Shown here: piece after piece, positions 26,901 through 34,851 of the stretch
How positions within the stretch are numbered: the first letter of the stretch is position 1
Layout of the letters: each line of letters starts with the position of its first letter
DNA from: an uncultured Solirubrobacterales bacterium
GTDB taxonomy: Bacteria > Actinomycetota > Thermoleophilia > Solirubrobacterales > Solirubrobacteraceae
Reading direction: 5' to 3'
NCBI GenBank assembly: GCA_963731565.1
Contig: CAVSWG010000001.1
Coordinates: 1,687,412-1,751,411 of the forward strand
Length of the DNA stretch: 64,000 bases
Position numbers and translations under genes: made by a program
Notes under the pieces: generated by a model
Told to the model about the DNA's origin: nothing
What the model saw: only the letters and a program-made list of their open reading frames with translations
Databases searched by the model: none

Positions 26901-28810
26901 ACGGCGACAGGCGCCGCTCGGCGATCAAGCAGGTCGCCTCGGGGCGCTTCGGCGTGACGATCCACTACCTGGTCAACGCGGACGAGCTGCAGATCAAGAT
27001 GGCTCAGGGGGCCAAGCCGGGGGAGGGTGGCCAGCTACCCGGCCACAAGGTCGACGCCTACATCGGTTCGATCCGCCACACAACCCCAGGGGTTGGCTTG
27101 ATCTCTCCGCCACCCCATCACGACATCTACTCGATCGAGGATCTCAAGCAGCTGATCTACGATCTGCGTTGCTCCAACCCCGAGGCCCAGGTGTCGGTCA
27201 AGCTCGTCTCCGAGGTCGGAGTCGGCACGGTCGCCGCCGGCGTCTCCAAGGCCAATGCCGACCGCGTGCTCATTGCCGGGCATGACGGCGGCACCGGCGC
27301 CTCGCCGCTCTCATCGATCCAGGCGGCCGGAATTCCTTGGGAGATCGGCCTGGCTGAGACACAGCAGACTCTGCTTCTCAACGATCTGCGCTCGCGCATC
27401 GTCGTGCAGACGGACGGCCAGCTGAAGACCGGTCGCGACGTCGTCATCGCCGCAATGCTGGGCGCCGACGAGATGGGCTTCTCCACCGCACCCCTGATCG
27501 CGACCGGCTGCATCATGATGCGTGCCTGCCATCTCAATACCTGCCCGGTAGGGATAGCGACCCAGGACCCCGAGTTGCGTGCACGCTTCAAGGGCCGTCC
27601 TGAGCACGTCGTCAACTTCTTCTTCTTCGTTGCCGAGGAAGTCCGCGAGATCCTCGCGTCTCTTGGGTTGCGCACTTTGGACGAAGCGATCGGCCGCGTA
27701 GACTTGCTCGGCGCCGAGACAGCGATCGAGCACTGGAAGGCTCGCGGCGTCGACCTAACGCATGTCCTCGCTCATATCGACCTGCCCGAGGGCTCGGCGC
27801 GTCATCGCGTCAAGGCGCCCCCAAGCGTGCTCGACGATGCGCTCGACTGGGAGCTCGTAGAGCGCTCGCGTGCGGTCATCGAGGCCGCGGGAACGAGCCC
27901 GAACGGGGAAGCGGACGATCTGGCGGAGTTCGAGAACGCCCGGGAGCGCATATTGCCGGCGCCGGCGCGTGTGGAGGATGTTGCAAAAACGGGTGCCCCA
28001 CGCGCGCGCGCGGGTGCAAGGGTCGAGATGGACCTGCCTATCCGCAACGTCAACCGCTGTGTTGGTGGGATCCTCTCCAGCCATATCGCTCGCGCTTGCG
28101 GGGCCGAGGGTCTACCGCCGAACTCCATCGTCGTGCGCTTCAGTGGGTCGGCCGGACAGAGCTTCGGCGGTTGGCTCGCGCCTGGCGTGACGTTTGAGCT
28201 GGAGGGCGACACCAACGACTACACAGGCAAGGGCCTCTCCGGCGGTGTCGTCTCGGTGCGACCCTCGCGCGACGTGGGCGAGCATTTCGTCGCCCAGGAG
28301 AACGTGATCATCGGCAATACCGTGCTCTACGGTGCCACCGCCGGGCGTGCCTTCTTCCGCGGGCTTGCGGGCGAGCGTTTCGCGGTGCGCAACTCGGGTG
28401 CGTGGGCCGTCGTGGAGGGCGTCGGCGATCACGGCTGTGAGTACATGACAGGCGGGCGCGTGGTTGTGCTGGGCGCTACCGGGCGCAATTTCGCCGCCGG
28501 CATGAGCGGTGGCATCGCCTACATCTTGGATGAGGTGGGGGAGTTCCCCGCCCGCTGCAATATGGGCATGGTCGGTTTCGACGAGATCTCAGGTGCCGAT
28601 GCGATCGAGCTGAAGGCGATGATCGAGCAGCACGAGCGTCACACCGGCTCACCGGTCGCGCGTGATGTGCTCGCCCGCTTCGACCAGTTGCTGGCCGGTG
28701 GCGCGTTCGTGAAGGTAATGCCCCACGACTACAAGCGCGTGCTGCGCGAACTGGCTGAGGCGGCCGAGGCACAATCCGAGGGTGAGCAGGCTGAGGAGGT
28801 GCCGGCCTGA
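23987..28810 (+). CDS. gltB: glutamate synthase large subunit
   Basis: 1607 aa. Has the N-terminal amidotransferase Cys ([10 protein letters not shown]), the FMN domain and the C-terminal GXGXG domain. Confidence 0.97.
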   Translation: MTSHTLPSQAAGLYDPRYEHDACGVGMVARLDNVATHEVVTRAITALENLEHRGASGADPLTGDGAGILMQMPDELLRAVVGFELPPLGSYGVLMCFLPTEDSARMRIESLLEQATLEEGQRMLGWREVPICPEHTGATAAACRPVIRQLFVGAAAGLDQDAFERKLYVIRRVCEQATAAWTEEERKGFYVTSSSSRTLNYKGMLISYQLGAFYPDLRDQRCKSALGLVHSRFSTNTFPSWELAHPYRVICHNGEINTVMGNVNWMRARESELASELFGEDLAKVLPVVTQGNSDSATFDNVLELLMLAGRSLPHAVMMMIPEAYRSREDLPEELKGFYAFHSCLMEPWDGPAAVAFTDGRVVGATLDRNGLRPGRWVITKDGHVVLGSEAGLLDVPAGEVLRLGRLQPGKLFLVDLEQGRIIDDSDVKRRISTQQPYGEWYARNAVRFADLPPAEQVTLSDQPLHRRQRAFGYSQEDLRVLLEPMAREAAEPIGSMGNDLSLAVLSDQAPPLFSYFKQLFAQVTNPPIDPIREEIVMSLSTSLGTEHNLFDETPEHAHKLELEQPILLNRELETLRHISTDVFSSRTLDITWPVADGPAGLADALEHVCEQAHEAIEQGVNIIILSDRLLGPRRAAIPSLLAVSSVHHHLVREGTRLRAGIVLESGEPREVHHFATLIGYGVSAINPYVMLETLDELVAQGHITRAENGSSVPLSPEQAAQNTIKAIGKGLLKTISKMGISTIQSYRGAQIFEAVGLERELIDRHFTGTASRIGGIGMDVLAIEALERHARAGWGGYSQQYDDLLPVGGVYAWRRDGEHHMWNPETIALVQHAVRSANGNVSAALSGDSEAHAEVRDSPAFQKYREYAAAVNQDAARKATLRGLLRIGPERASDAGGVAGGAGAESGGGIPLSEVEPAKEIVRRFCTGAMSLGSISREAHETLAIAMNRLGGRSNTGEGGEDPARFTPDPNGDRRRSAIKQVASGRFGVTIHYLVNADELQIKMAQGAKPGEGGQLPGHKVDAYIGSIRHTTPGVGLISPPPHHDIYSIEDLKQLIYDLRCSNPEAQVSVKLVSEVGVGTVAAGVSKANADRVLIAGHDGGTGASPLSSIQAAGIPWEIGLAETQQTLLLNDLRSRIVVQTDGQLKTGRDVVIAAMLGADEMGFSTAPLIATGCIMMRACHLNTCPVGIATQDPELRARFKGRPEHVVNFFFFVAEEVREILASLGLRTLDEAIGRVDLLGAETAIEHWKARGVDLTHVLAHIDLPEGSARHRVKAPPSVLDDALDWELVERSRAVIEAAGTSPNGEADDLAEFENARERILPAPARVEDVAKTGAPRARAGARVEMDLPIRNVNRCVGGILSSHIARACGAEGLPPNSIVVRFSGSAGQSFGGWLAPGVTFELEGDTNDYTGKGLSGGVVSVRPSRDVGEHFVAQENVIIGNTVLYGATAGRAFFRGLAGERFAVRNSGAWAVVEGVGDHGCEYMTGGRVVVLGATGRNFAAGMSGGIAYILDEVGEFPARCNMGMVGFDEISGADAIELKAMIEQHERHTGSPVARDVLARFDQLLAGGAFVKVMPHDYKRVLRELAEAAEAQSEGEQAEEVPA
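27981..28020. repeat. (CG)n-core palindromic element copy, in frame inside gltB
   Basis: ttgcaaaaacgggtgccccacgcgcgcgcgcgggtgcaag encodes [13 protein letters not shown]. The 22-mer gggtgccccacgcgcgcgcgcg is identical to 61062-61083. Confidence 0.65.
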
Positions 28811-30402
28811 TGGGCAAGCTCGGCGGCTTTCTCCAGATAGAGCGTCACGGGGTCACTTATCGCGACCCGCGCGAGCGCGCCCATGACTACCAGGAGTTCG
28901 TCATGGAGCGCCCCGTGCAGGAAGTGCGCGACCAGGGCGCACGCTGCATGGAATGCGGCGTGCCCTTCTGCCACAACGGCTGTCCTTTGGGCAACCTGAT
29001 CCCGGATTGGAACGACCTTGTCTACCGCGACCGTTGGCCTGAGGCGATCGCCCAACTGCATGCCACCAACAACTTCCCCGACTTCACGGGTCGCCTGTGC
29101 CCTGCACCGTGCGAGGCGGCCTGTGTGCTTGAGATACGCGAGGGCGACTCGGTCACGATCAAGCAGATCGAGCACGCAATCATCGACCGAGCCTTCCGCG
29201 AAGGCTGGGTCAAGCCAGAGCCCCCTAAGCGGGAGACCGGCCAGTCGGTCGCGGTCGTGGGATCAGGGCCCGCCGGCATGGCTGCCGCTCAGCAATTGCG
29301 CCGCATCGGCCACAGCGTGAGCTTGTTCGAGCGCGATGAGGCCGCCGGTGGGCTCGTGCGCTTCGGTGTGCCCGATTTCAAGATCGAGAAGACCATCGTG
29401 CAACGGCGCGTCGAGCAACTGGTGGCTGAGGGCGTCGAGTTGCGCTGCGGCGTGGACGTCGGTACGGATGTAACCGTGGAGGAGTTGCGCGAGCGCTTCG
29501 ATGCCGTCGTGCTTGCCACCGGGTCGCGCGTCCCACGCGACCTCTTGGTCCCAGGCCGCGAGCTGAACGGTGTTCACTATGCGATGGACTACCTTTACCA
29601 GCGCAACCGCTTTGTGGCCTCTGAGTACGGTCCGCAGCCCACAGTCCCGGCTCCCATGGCTACCCAGCCGATCACGGCTACCGGTAAGCATGTCGTCGTA
29701 ATCGGCGGCGGCGACACGGGAGCCGACTGTGTTGGCAACTCCTTGCGTGAGGGTGCCACCTCGATCGTTCAACTGGAGTTGCTGCCCGAGCCGCCCGAGC
29801 ATCGCCCTGACGCACGCACACCGTGGCCTGAGTGGCCTCTGAAGTACCGGCTCTCCTATGCGATGGAGGAGGCCCGTACGGCTGGGCTGGGCGAGCAGGA
29901 CTACTCGGTCACGACAACCCACTTCTCTGGGGATGAGACGGGCAATGTCGCCTTCCTACACATCGCCCAGGCTGAGTTCGCGCCTCCATTCGCGCCTGTG
30001 CCAGGCTCAGAGCGCGAGTTGCCGGCCCAGCTCGTGCTGCTTGCGATGGGCTTCCTTCACCCCGAGCAAGCTCTGCTTGACCAGCTGGGCGTCGAGAAGG
30101 ATCCGCGCGGCAACGTCAAGGCAGTTAAGCCTTATACGACCTCGGTGGACGGTGTGTTCGCGGCGGGCGATGCGCGCCGTGGGCAGTCCTTGATCGTGTG
30201 GGCGATCAACGAGGGGCGTCAGTGTGCGCGGATGGTCGATCGCTATTTGGCAGGTTTGCGGACCGATCCGGTGCTCGCGGGCGCGATCAATGGGTTGGCG
30301 GCGGATGGGCCTCAAGATCACGGGCTCGCCGGGCATGCGGACGCCGACGAAGGGCCAGAGGGTCCGTCACAGCATGTGGGACCCGGGGTCCCGGCTGAAT
30401 AA
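28810..30402 (+). CDS. gltD: glutamate synthase small subunit
   Basis: 530 aa. Has Fe-S Cys clusters (CMECGVPFCHNGCPLGN), the dinucleotide fold VAVVGSGPAGMAAA, and an ATGA overlap with gltB. Confidence 0.95.
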   Translation: MGKLGGFLQIERHGVTYRDPRERAHDYQEFVMERPVQEVRDQGARCMECGVPFCHNGCPLGNLIPDWNDLVYRDRWPEAIAQLHATNNFPDFTGRLCPAPCEAACVLEIREGDSVTIKQIEHAIIDRAFREGWVKPEPPKRETGQSVAVVGSGPAGMAAAQQLRRIGHSVSLFERDEAAGGLVRFGVPDFKIEKTIVQRRVEQLVAEGVELRCGVDVGTDVTVEELRERFDAVVLATGSRVPRDLLVPGRELNGVHYAMDYLYQRNRFVASEYGPQPTVPAPMATQPITATGKHVVVIGGGDTGADCVGNSLREGATSIVQLELLPEPPEHRPDARTPWPEWPLKYRLSYAMEEARTAGLGEQDYSVTTTHFSGDETGNVAFLHIAQAEFAPPFAPVPGSERELPAQLVLLAMGFLHPEQALLDQLGVEKDPRGNVKAVKPYTTSVDGVFAAGDARRGQSLIVWAINEGRQCARMVDRYLAGLRTDPVLAGAINGLAADGPQDHGLAGHADADEGPEGPSQHVGPGVPAE

Positions 30403-30408
30403 CGATCT

Positions 30409-30819
30409 CTAGTTGCTGAACGGGTTCTCGACTCGTACGCCCGCGTAGTCCTGGCCGTCGTTCAGGTCCTCGGAGAGAACGACATCGCAGCCGAGTGCCC
30501 GTGCTGCCTCGAGGATCGCAGCGTCCCAATAGGAGATGTCAAATCGTTGGCGGGTGGACATCGCGGAGAGCACTGTCTCGAGCGTCGTCTCTTGGACGGG
30601 GAAGCGACGGAATGAGTCGACGAGCCCGGCGGCCTGGTGGTGGGGCAGGCGATCGGTTCTGGTCTCGCGGGTCGCCTGCACATAGAACTCTTGGAGGACT
30701 TGGACCGAGAGCCCGATATCTCTGGCCGTAAGTATCTCGTTTGCTCGCTTTGCCTTCGCGTGCTCGTCCGGGTCGCGCGAGATCGCGTAGAGCAGGATGT
30801 TGGTGTCAGCGAACCGCAC
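30409..30819 (-). CDS. vapC: PIN-domain toxin
   Basis: The GTG at 30819 gives VRFADTNILLYAIS... (PIN N-terminal Asp). About 136 aa. Overlaps the vapB stop by 14 nt. Confidence 0.8.
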   Translation of the reverse strand: MRFADTNILLYAISRDPDEHAKAKRANEILTARDIGLSVQVLQEFYVQATRETRTDRLPHHQAAGLVDSFRRFPVQETTLETVLSAMSTRQRFDISYWDAAILEAARALGCDVVLSEDLNDGQDYAGVRVENPFSN

Positions 30820-31045
30820 GCCGATGCAACTCGTCGCGATCGAGGCGGTCACGAGCGCTGAAGCGGTCGATCTGTCCTTGGATGCTCCCCTGCTCGGCCT
30901 CAAGCCTCGCGAACTCACTGTCGCGATCGGAAAGCGAGCTCAGATACTCGGCAACGAGCCCGCTCACGGAACTACCACGCTCGGCTGCGCGGATCCTAGC
31001 GGCGCGATAGACCTCGTCGGGGACCGAAACGGTGATGTTTGTCAC
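30806..31045 (-). CDS. vapB: ribbon-helix-helix (CopG-like) antitoxin
   Basis: 79 aa. N-terminal beta-strand/RHH pattern TNITVSVPDEVYRAARIRAAERGSSVSGLV. Lies immediately upstream of the PIN gene. Confidence 0.72.
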   Translation of the reverse strand: MTNITVSVPDEVYRAARIRAAERGSSVSGLVAEYLSSLSDRDSEFARLEAEQGSIQGQIDRFSARDRLDRDELHRRAVR

Positions 31046-31079
31046 TGTGCTTCACAGTATCACAGGAATACAGGACTAG

Positions 31080-31105
31080 TATACGAATATTCGAATACTC
31101 GTATA
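31080..31105. promoter_or_regulatory. nested AT-rich palindromes upstream of vapB (candidate autoregulatory operator)
   Basis: tatacgaatattcgaatactcgtata has tatacga/tcgtata arms around the perfect cgaatattcg. Lies 35-60 nt upstream of the vapB start. Confidence 0.4.
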
Positions 31106-31169
31106 TAGATCCTCAGGCGAGATGTCGAGGCGCCTGTCGGTCGGCGCACGCGACCGGTAGACTGGCCAC

Positions 31170-32588
31170 GTGGCCAAGCCTTCGGAGAGCGGAGTAGTCG
31201 AGTCAGGAAACGGAAGCGCCGGTGGCGCCAGGAGCACGCTTCCCCGTGTCTGCATCATCGGCGCCGGCTCCTCGGGCATCGCGGCAGCCAAGGCCCTGCT
31301 CGACAGAGGAATCCCCTTCGACTGCATCGAGAAGTCCGACCAAGTCGGGGGCAACTGGGTGTTCGGTAACCGCAACGGGATGTCGGCCGCATACCGGGAC
31401 CTGTTCATCAACGTCTCGCGCGAGCGCATGGCCTATGCGGACTATCCGATGCCCATCTCCTATCCCGACTTCCCCCATCACACGCACATCAAGGAGTACT
31501 TCGACAACTACGTCGATCACTTCGGCTTGCGCGAGCACATCATGTTCGAGACCGGCGTCGAGCATGCACGCAAGCGCGAGGACGGGAGCTGGGAGGTAAG
31601 GCTGGACACAGCGGAGACGCGCACCTATGACGCGCTGATCGTGGCAAACGGCCACCACTGGGACCCACGCTGGCCTGAACCTGCCTTTCCCGGCGCGGAC
31701 ACATTCGAGGGGACCCAGCTGCACGCTCACTCCTATGTGGACAACTCGATCTTTGCCGGCAAGGACGTTGTGGTGCTTGGCATGGGCAACTCGGCGATGG
31801 ACATCGCCGTGGAGTCCTCCTACGTGGCCGCCAACACCTACCTGGCGGCACGCAAAGGCGCTTGGATCATCCCCAAGTACGTGTTCGGCAAGCCGGTGGA
31901 CCAATTGCCCAACAACCCGAGGGTCCCGTTCGCGATCAGGCAGCGCATGATCCACCAGACGATCAAGACGATCACCGGCTCGCCTGAGCGCTACGGCCTG
32001 CCCAAGCCAGACCACAAGTTCGGCGAGGCTCACCCCACCGTCTCAGGGCGCATCCTCGACAGGATCGCGCACGGCACGATCGCACCCAAGCCGAACATCG
32101 CCTCTCTGGAGGGGGAGACGGTGCGCTTCGTCGACGGCAGCGAGGTACATGCTGATGTGGTCGTGTATTGCACGGGCTACAAGATCAGCTTTCCCTTCTT
32201 CGATGCCGACTTCCTAAGTGCACCCGACAACCACATCGAGCTGTTCAGGCGCGTCTTCCATCCGGATATCGCGGGTCTCTTCTTCATCGGTCTGCTGCAA
32301 CCCCTGGGCGCGATCATGCCGCTAGCCGAGGCCCAGAGCGCTTGGGTCGGCGATTACTTGCGCGGGGAGTACGCGCTCCCCTCGCCAGCAGAGGTGCATC
32401 GCGACATCGCCTCAGACCAGGCCGCCATGCGCAAGCGCTATGTGGCCTCCAAGCGCCACACGATCCAAGTCGACTTTGACGACTACTTGTACGCCCTTGA
32501 CGCGGAGCGGCGTGCTGGGGTCGAGCGGGCACGGACGCGAGGGTTTGCTCTCCCGCTACCGACGCACTCTGCCGTTCCTGTCGCTTAG
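31170..32588 (+). CDS. flavin-containing monooxygenase (class B FMO/BVMO-like)
   Basis: Has GAGSSGIAAA (FAD), the FMO motif FEGTQLHAHSY, and GMGNSAMD (NADPH). Confidence 0.85.
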   Translation: MAKPSESGVVESGNGSAGGARSTLPRVCIIGAGSSGIAAAKALLDRGIPFDCIEKSDQVGGNWVFGNRNGMSAAYRDLFINVSRERMAYADYPMPISYPDFPHHTHIKEYFDNYVDHFGLREHIMFETGVEHARKREDGSWEVRLDTAETRTYDALIVANGHHWDPRWPEPAFPGADTFEGTQLHAHSYVDNSIFAGKDVVVLGMGNSAMDIAVESSYVAANTYLAARKGAWIIPKYVFGKPVDQLPNNPRVPFAIRQRMIHQTIKTITGSPERYGLPKPDHKFGEAHPTVSGRILDRIAHGTIAPKPNIASLEGETVRFVDGSEVHADVVVYCTGYKISFPFFDADFLSAPDNHIELFRRVFHPDIAGLFFIGLLQPLGAIMPLAEAQSAWVGDYLRGEYALPSPAEVHRDIASDQAAMRKRYVASKRHTIQVDFDDYLYALDAERRAGVERARTRGFALPLPTHSAVPVA

Positions 32589-32648
32589 CGCTCGCCCCAG
32601 CTTCGTAATGGCGTCCGTTCCGGGGCCCTGAGACCCATGCGGTCGTAG

Positions 32649-33764
32649 GTGTGGAGCGCGCTGAGGCCGGGAGAGGCGCGTGCGCTCGCTAGCGTTAACC
32701 CCGTGACTCAAACGTTCTGTCGCCACAACCGCTTTATCCAGCGCTGTCCGATTTGCCGCGAGACCGTGCCCGGGCAGAAACCGAGTCACGCGGCCAAGCC
32801 CAAACGCCAGTCGAGTACGTCCTCCGGAGCTCGTACCGGCGGCACCCGCACGAGCGGAGGGCTGGGCGCGGGGGCGACCTCCCGTGCCGGCGAAGGCGCC
32901 ATGCGGCCAGCCGGTCGTACCTACACTCGGCGCACCCAGGAAGTCCGTGTTCAACGCGAGACGCGCTCTGAGGACGATGGCTATCGCTGCGATCTCGTTC
33001 CCGGCTTGCGCTCCTCAGAAGACGCACGTCGGCTGGTGCAAGAGATTGGCTTCGCCAGCGGACGCCTACTTACGTTGACCGCTGCTCCTCCCAGCCTGTA
33101 TGCCGAGGCGCGCGATTGCGGGGACATAGAGCAGGCAACGTGGATGTGCTTTCTAGCCGCTTACCTCTCACCGCTTCAGGGAGACCAGTCGTTCGCAGGT
33201 ATCCGCCAAGCCTTGCTCTCCAGTTGGGCCTCGGGCACGGTCTCCGAGCTCGACGAAGTCCCGCTCGGGCCGCGCAGCTCCCACGATCCCGTCCGTGGTG
33301 TCGAGACCTTGATCGCCTACCGGCGCTTCGCCGAGCACGCTGGCTCGCAGGAGGCCGCCTTCACCGGCGAGCCGGCCTGGACGCCGCAGCGACGCTTCGA
33401 GCGTGTCTTCGAGCGCCTAGCCCTGCCGGGCTTCGGGCGCATGGGACGCTACGACCTACTCATCACGCTCGGACGGCTCGGCTTGTACGAGCTGCGCGCC
33501 GATTCCCTGCATCTCGGTACAGGCGCCTCGCTGATCGTCTCCGATCCCACGCCACCGGCCGCCAAGCGTGTGTTCGGGATCGGCGATCCGATCCATATCG
33601 AGCGGCGTGCCTCAGCGCTCGCCCAGGCGCTCTCCACTCCAATCGAAGCGCTCGACCTTGCCTTGGCGAACTGGGCTTCAGAGGAGCGCGTCACGCTTGG
33701 GTTCCCGCAGGACACCTCCGACGCGCACGCTGTCGAGCGAGCGGCGGCGGCGCTCGAAGTCTGA
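32649..33764 (+). CDS. hypothetical protein: N-terminal Cys/His zinc motif, disordered basic linker, C-terminal domain with a possible helix-hairpin-helix
   Basis: Has FCRHNRFIQRCPICRE, then an S/T/G/R-rich linker, then a domain containing LPGFGRMGRYDLLITLGRLGL, which resembles an HhH-GPD-type hairpin. This is pattern recognition only. Confidence 0.55.
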   Translation: MWSALRPGEARALASVNPVTQTFCRHNRFIQRCPICRETVPGQKPSHAAKPKRQSSTSSGARTGGTRTSGGLGAGATSRAGEGAMRPAGRTYTRRTQEVRVQRETRSEDDGYRCDLVPGLRSSEDARRLVQEIGFASGRLLTLTAAPPSLYAEARDCGDIEQATWMCFLAAYLSPLQGDQSFAGIRQALLSSWASGTVSELDEVPLGPRSSHDPVRGVETLIAYRRFAEHAGSQEAAFTGEPAWTPQRRFERVFERLALPGFGRMGRYDLLITLGRLGLYELRADSLHLGTGASLIVSDPTPPAAKRVFGIGDPIHIERRASALAQALSTPIEALDLALANWASEERVTLGFPQDTSDAHAVERAAAALEV

Positions 33765-33859
33765 TTCGGTCTGGCCGTTTTTGTGCCCGAGGCTCATTAG
33801 GCAGGTCAGTTGGCGGAGTAAGGAGCGATGTGGGGGCTTCGGTTGGGTATGTCGTTTTG

Positions 33860-33889
33860 AGCCGCCCTACGCGCGCGCGTAGGGCGGCT
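33860..33889. repeat. perfect 30-bp (CG)n-core palindrome followed by TTTT (terminator-like)
   Basis: agccgccctacgcgcgcgcgtagggcggct is exactly self-complementary and is followed by gcttttg. Lies about 95 nt after the stop at 33764. Confidence 0.75.
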
Positions 33890-33962
33890 GCTTTTGCCGT
33901 CCACACCGGCCCCTAAAGTCCTGCGGGTCATGTTCTCCTTTCCGCCAGACAAGGGAGCCGCC

Positions 33963-34418
33963 ATGCCGCTCTGCTTCATCGAGCCTCACGATGCGATCCG
34001 CGTGATCGCGGACTCCGTCGGCCGCGAGGCCCGCCGGCAGCTCGTCGGCGAGGTCGTGCGCGCATGGGTGGACGACTTGCCCGACCAGGAGCTCACCTTC
34101 CACTACGAGCGCGCGATCGCTGGCCTCGATCAGGACGATCTGCATCTGCTGGCCGCCTGGCACGCCTCGCTCGAGGTCGGTCAACCGGTGCCCAACACGG
34201 CCTTCCTGGTCGGAGTATTCCCAAGCCTTGGCGAGAACCGCCGTGAGGCATTGAAGATCGCGGCAGGCTTCAAGGGAGAAGAAGCCTTCCAGGCAGGCGT
34301 CGCCGAGGATCAGGCACTCGACACGGTCCTACCTCATCTCTCCCGTGAGCGAGCGATCGAGCTGGCCTCCGAGTGCATCCAGCTGTATCAGTGGGATCGC
34401 CTCGGCTCATACAACTAG
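33963..34418 (+). CDS. hypothetical protein
   Basis: 151 aa from the ATG at 33963, preceded by aagggag. No recognisable domain. Confidence 0.5.
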   Translation: MPLCFIEPHDAIRVIADSVGREARRQLVGEVVRAWVDDLPDQELTFHYERAIAGLDQDDLHLLAAWHASLEVGQPVPNTAFLVGVFPSLGENRREALKIAAGFKGEEAFQAGVAEDQALDTVLPHLSRERAIELASECIQLYQWDRLGSYN

Positions 34419-34427
34419 GACGTCCTA
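34416..34427. promoter_or_regulatory. perfect 12-bp palindrome TAGGACGTCCTA, repeated imperfectly at 34507-34518
   Basis: taggacgtccta at 34416 and tagaacgtccta at 34507. Both lie in the 121-nt region upstream of the DUF59 gene. Two ctgcgtcc direct repeats lie between them. Confidence 0.3.
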
Positions 34428-34539
34428 TGGGCGGCGCGATACTGCGTCCTCGAACCCTTATGTGCGTAGCACACCGCGGGTTCTGCGTCCTTGTCTCGCT
34501 TGCCCCTAGAACGTCCTAGCCGCTAGAGTCGATACCAAT

Positions 34540-34851
34540 ATGTCCGATGAAACGACCATCACCGTCGATGACGTCATGGATGCGCTGTCCAACGTGATCG
34601 ATCCGGAGCTGGGTCTCGACTTCGTGGAGCTAGGTTTGATCTACGGCGTCGAGGTCTCAGGCGGTGACGTACACGTCACGTTCACGCTCACGACGCCTGG
34701 TTGCCCGATCGGGCCTCAGGTGACAGAACAGATCGACGAGTTCGTCGGCGAACTGGAAGGCGTCGCGTCGGTCGAATCCGAGATGGTCTTCACGCCTCCG
34801 TGGACGCCCGAGAAGATGTCCGAGGACGCGAAGTTCGCCTTGGGCTATTAG
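34540..34851 (+). CDS. DUF59/SufT-like Fe-S assembly factor
   Basis: 103 aa. Has VMDALSNVIDPELGLDFVELGLIYGV and TTPGCP. Confidence 0.85.
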   Translation: MSDETTITVDDVMDALSNVIDPELGLDFVELGLIYGVEVSGGDVHVTFTLTTPGCPIGPQVTEQIDEFVGELEGVASVESEMVFTPPWTPEKMSEDAKFALGY

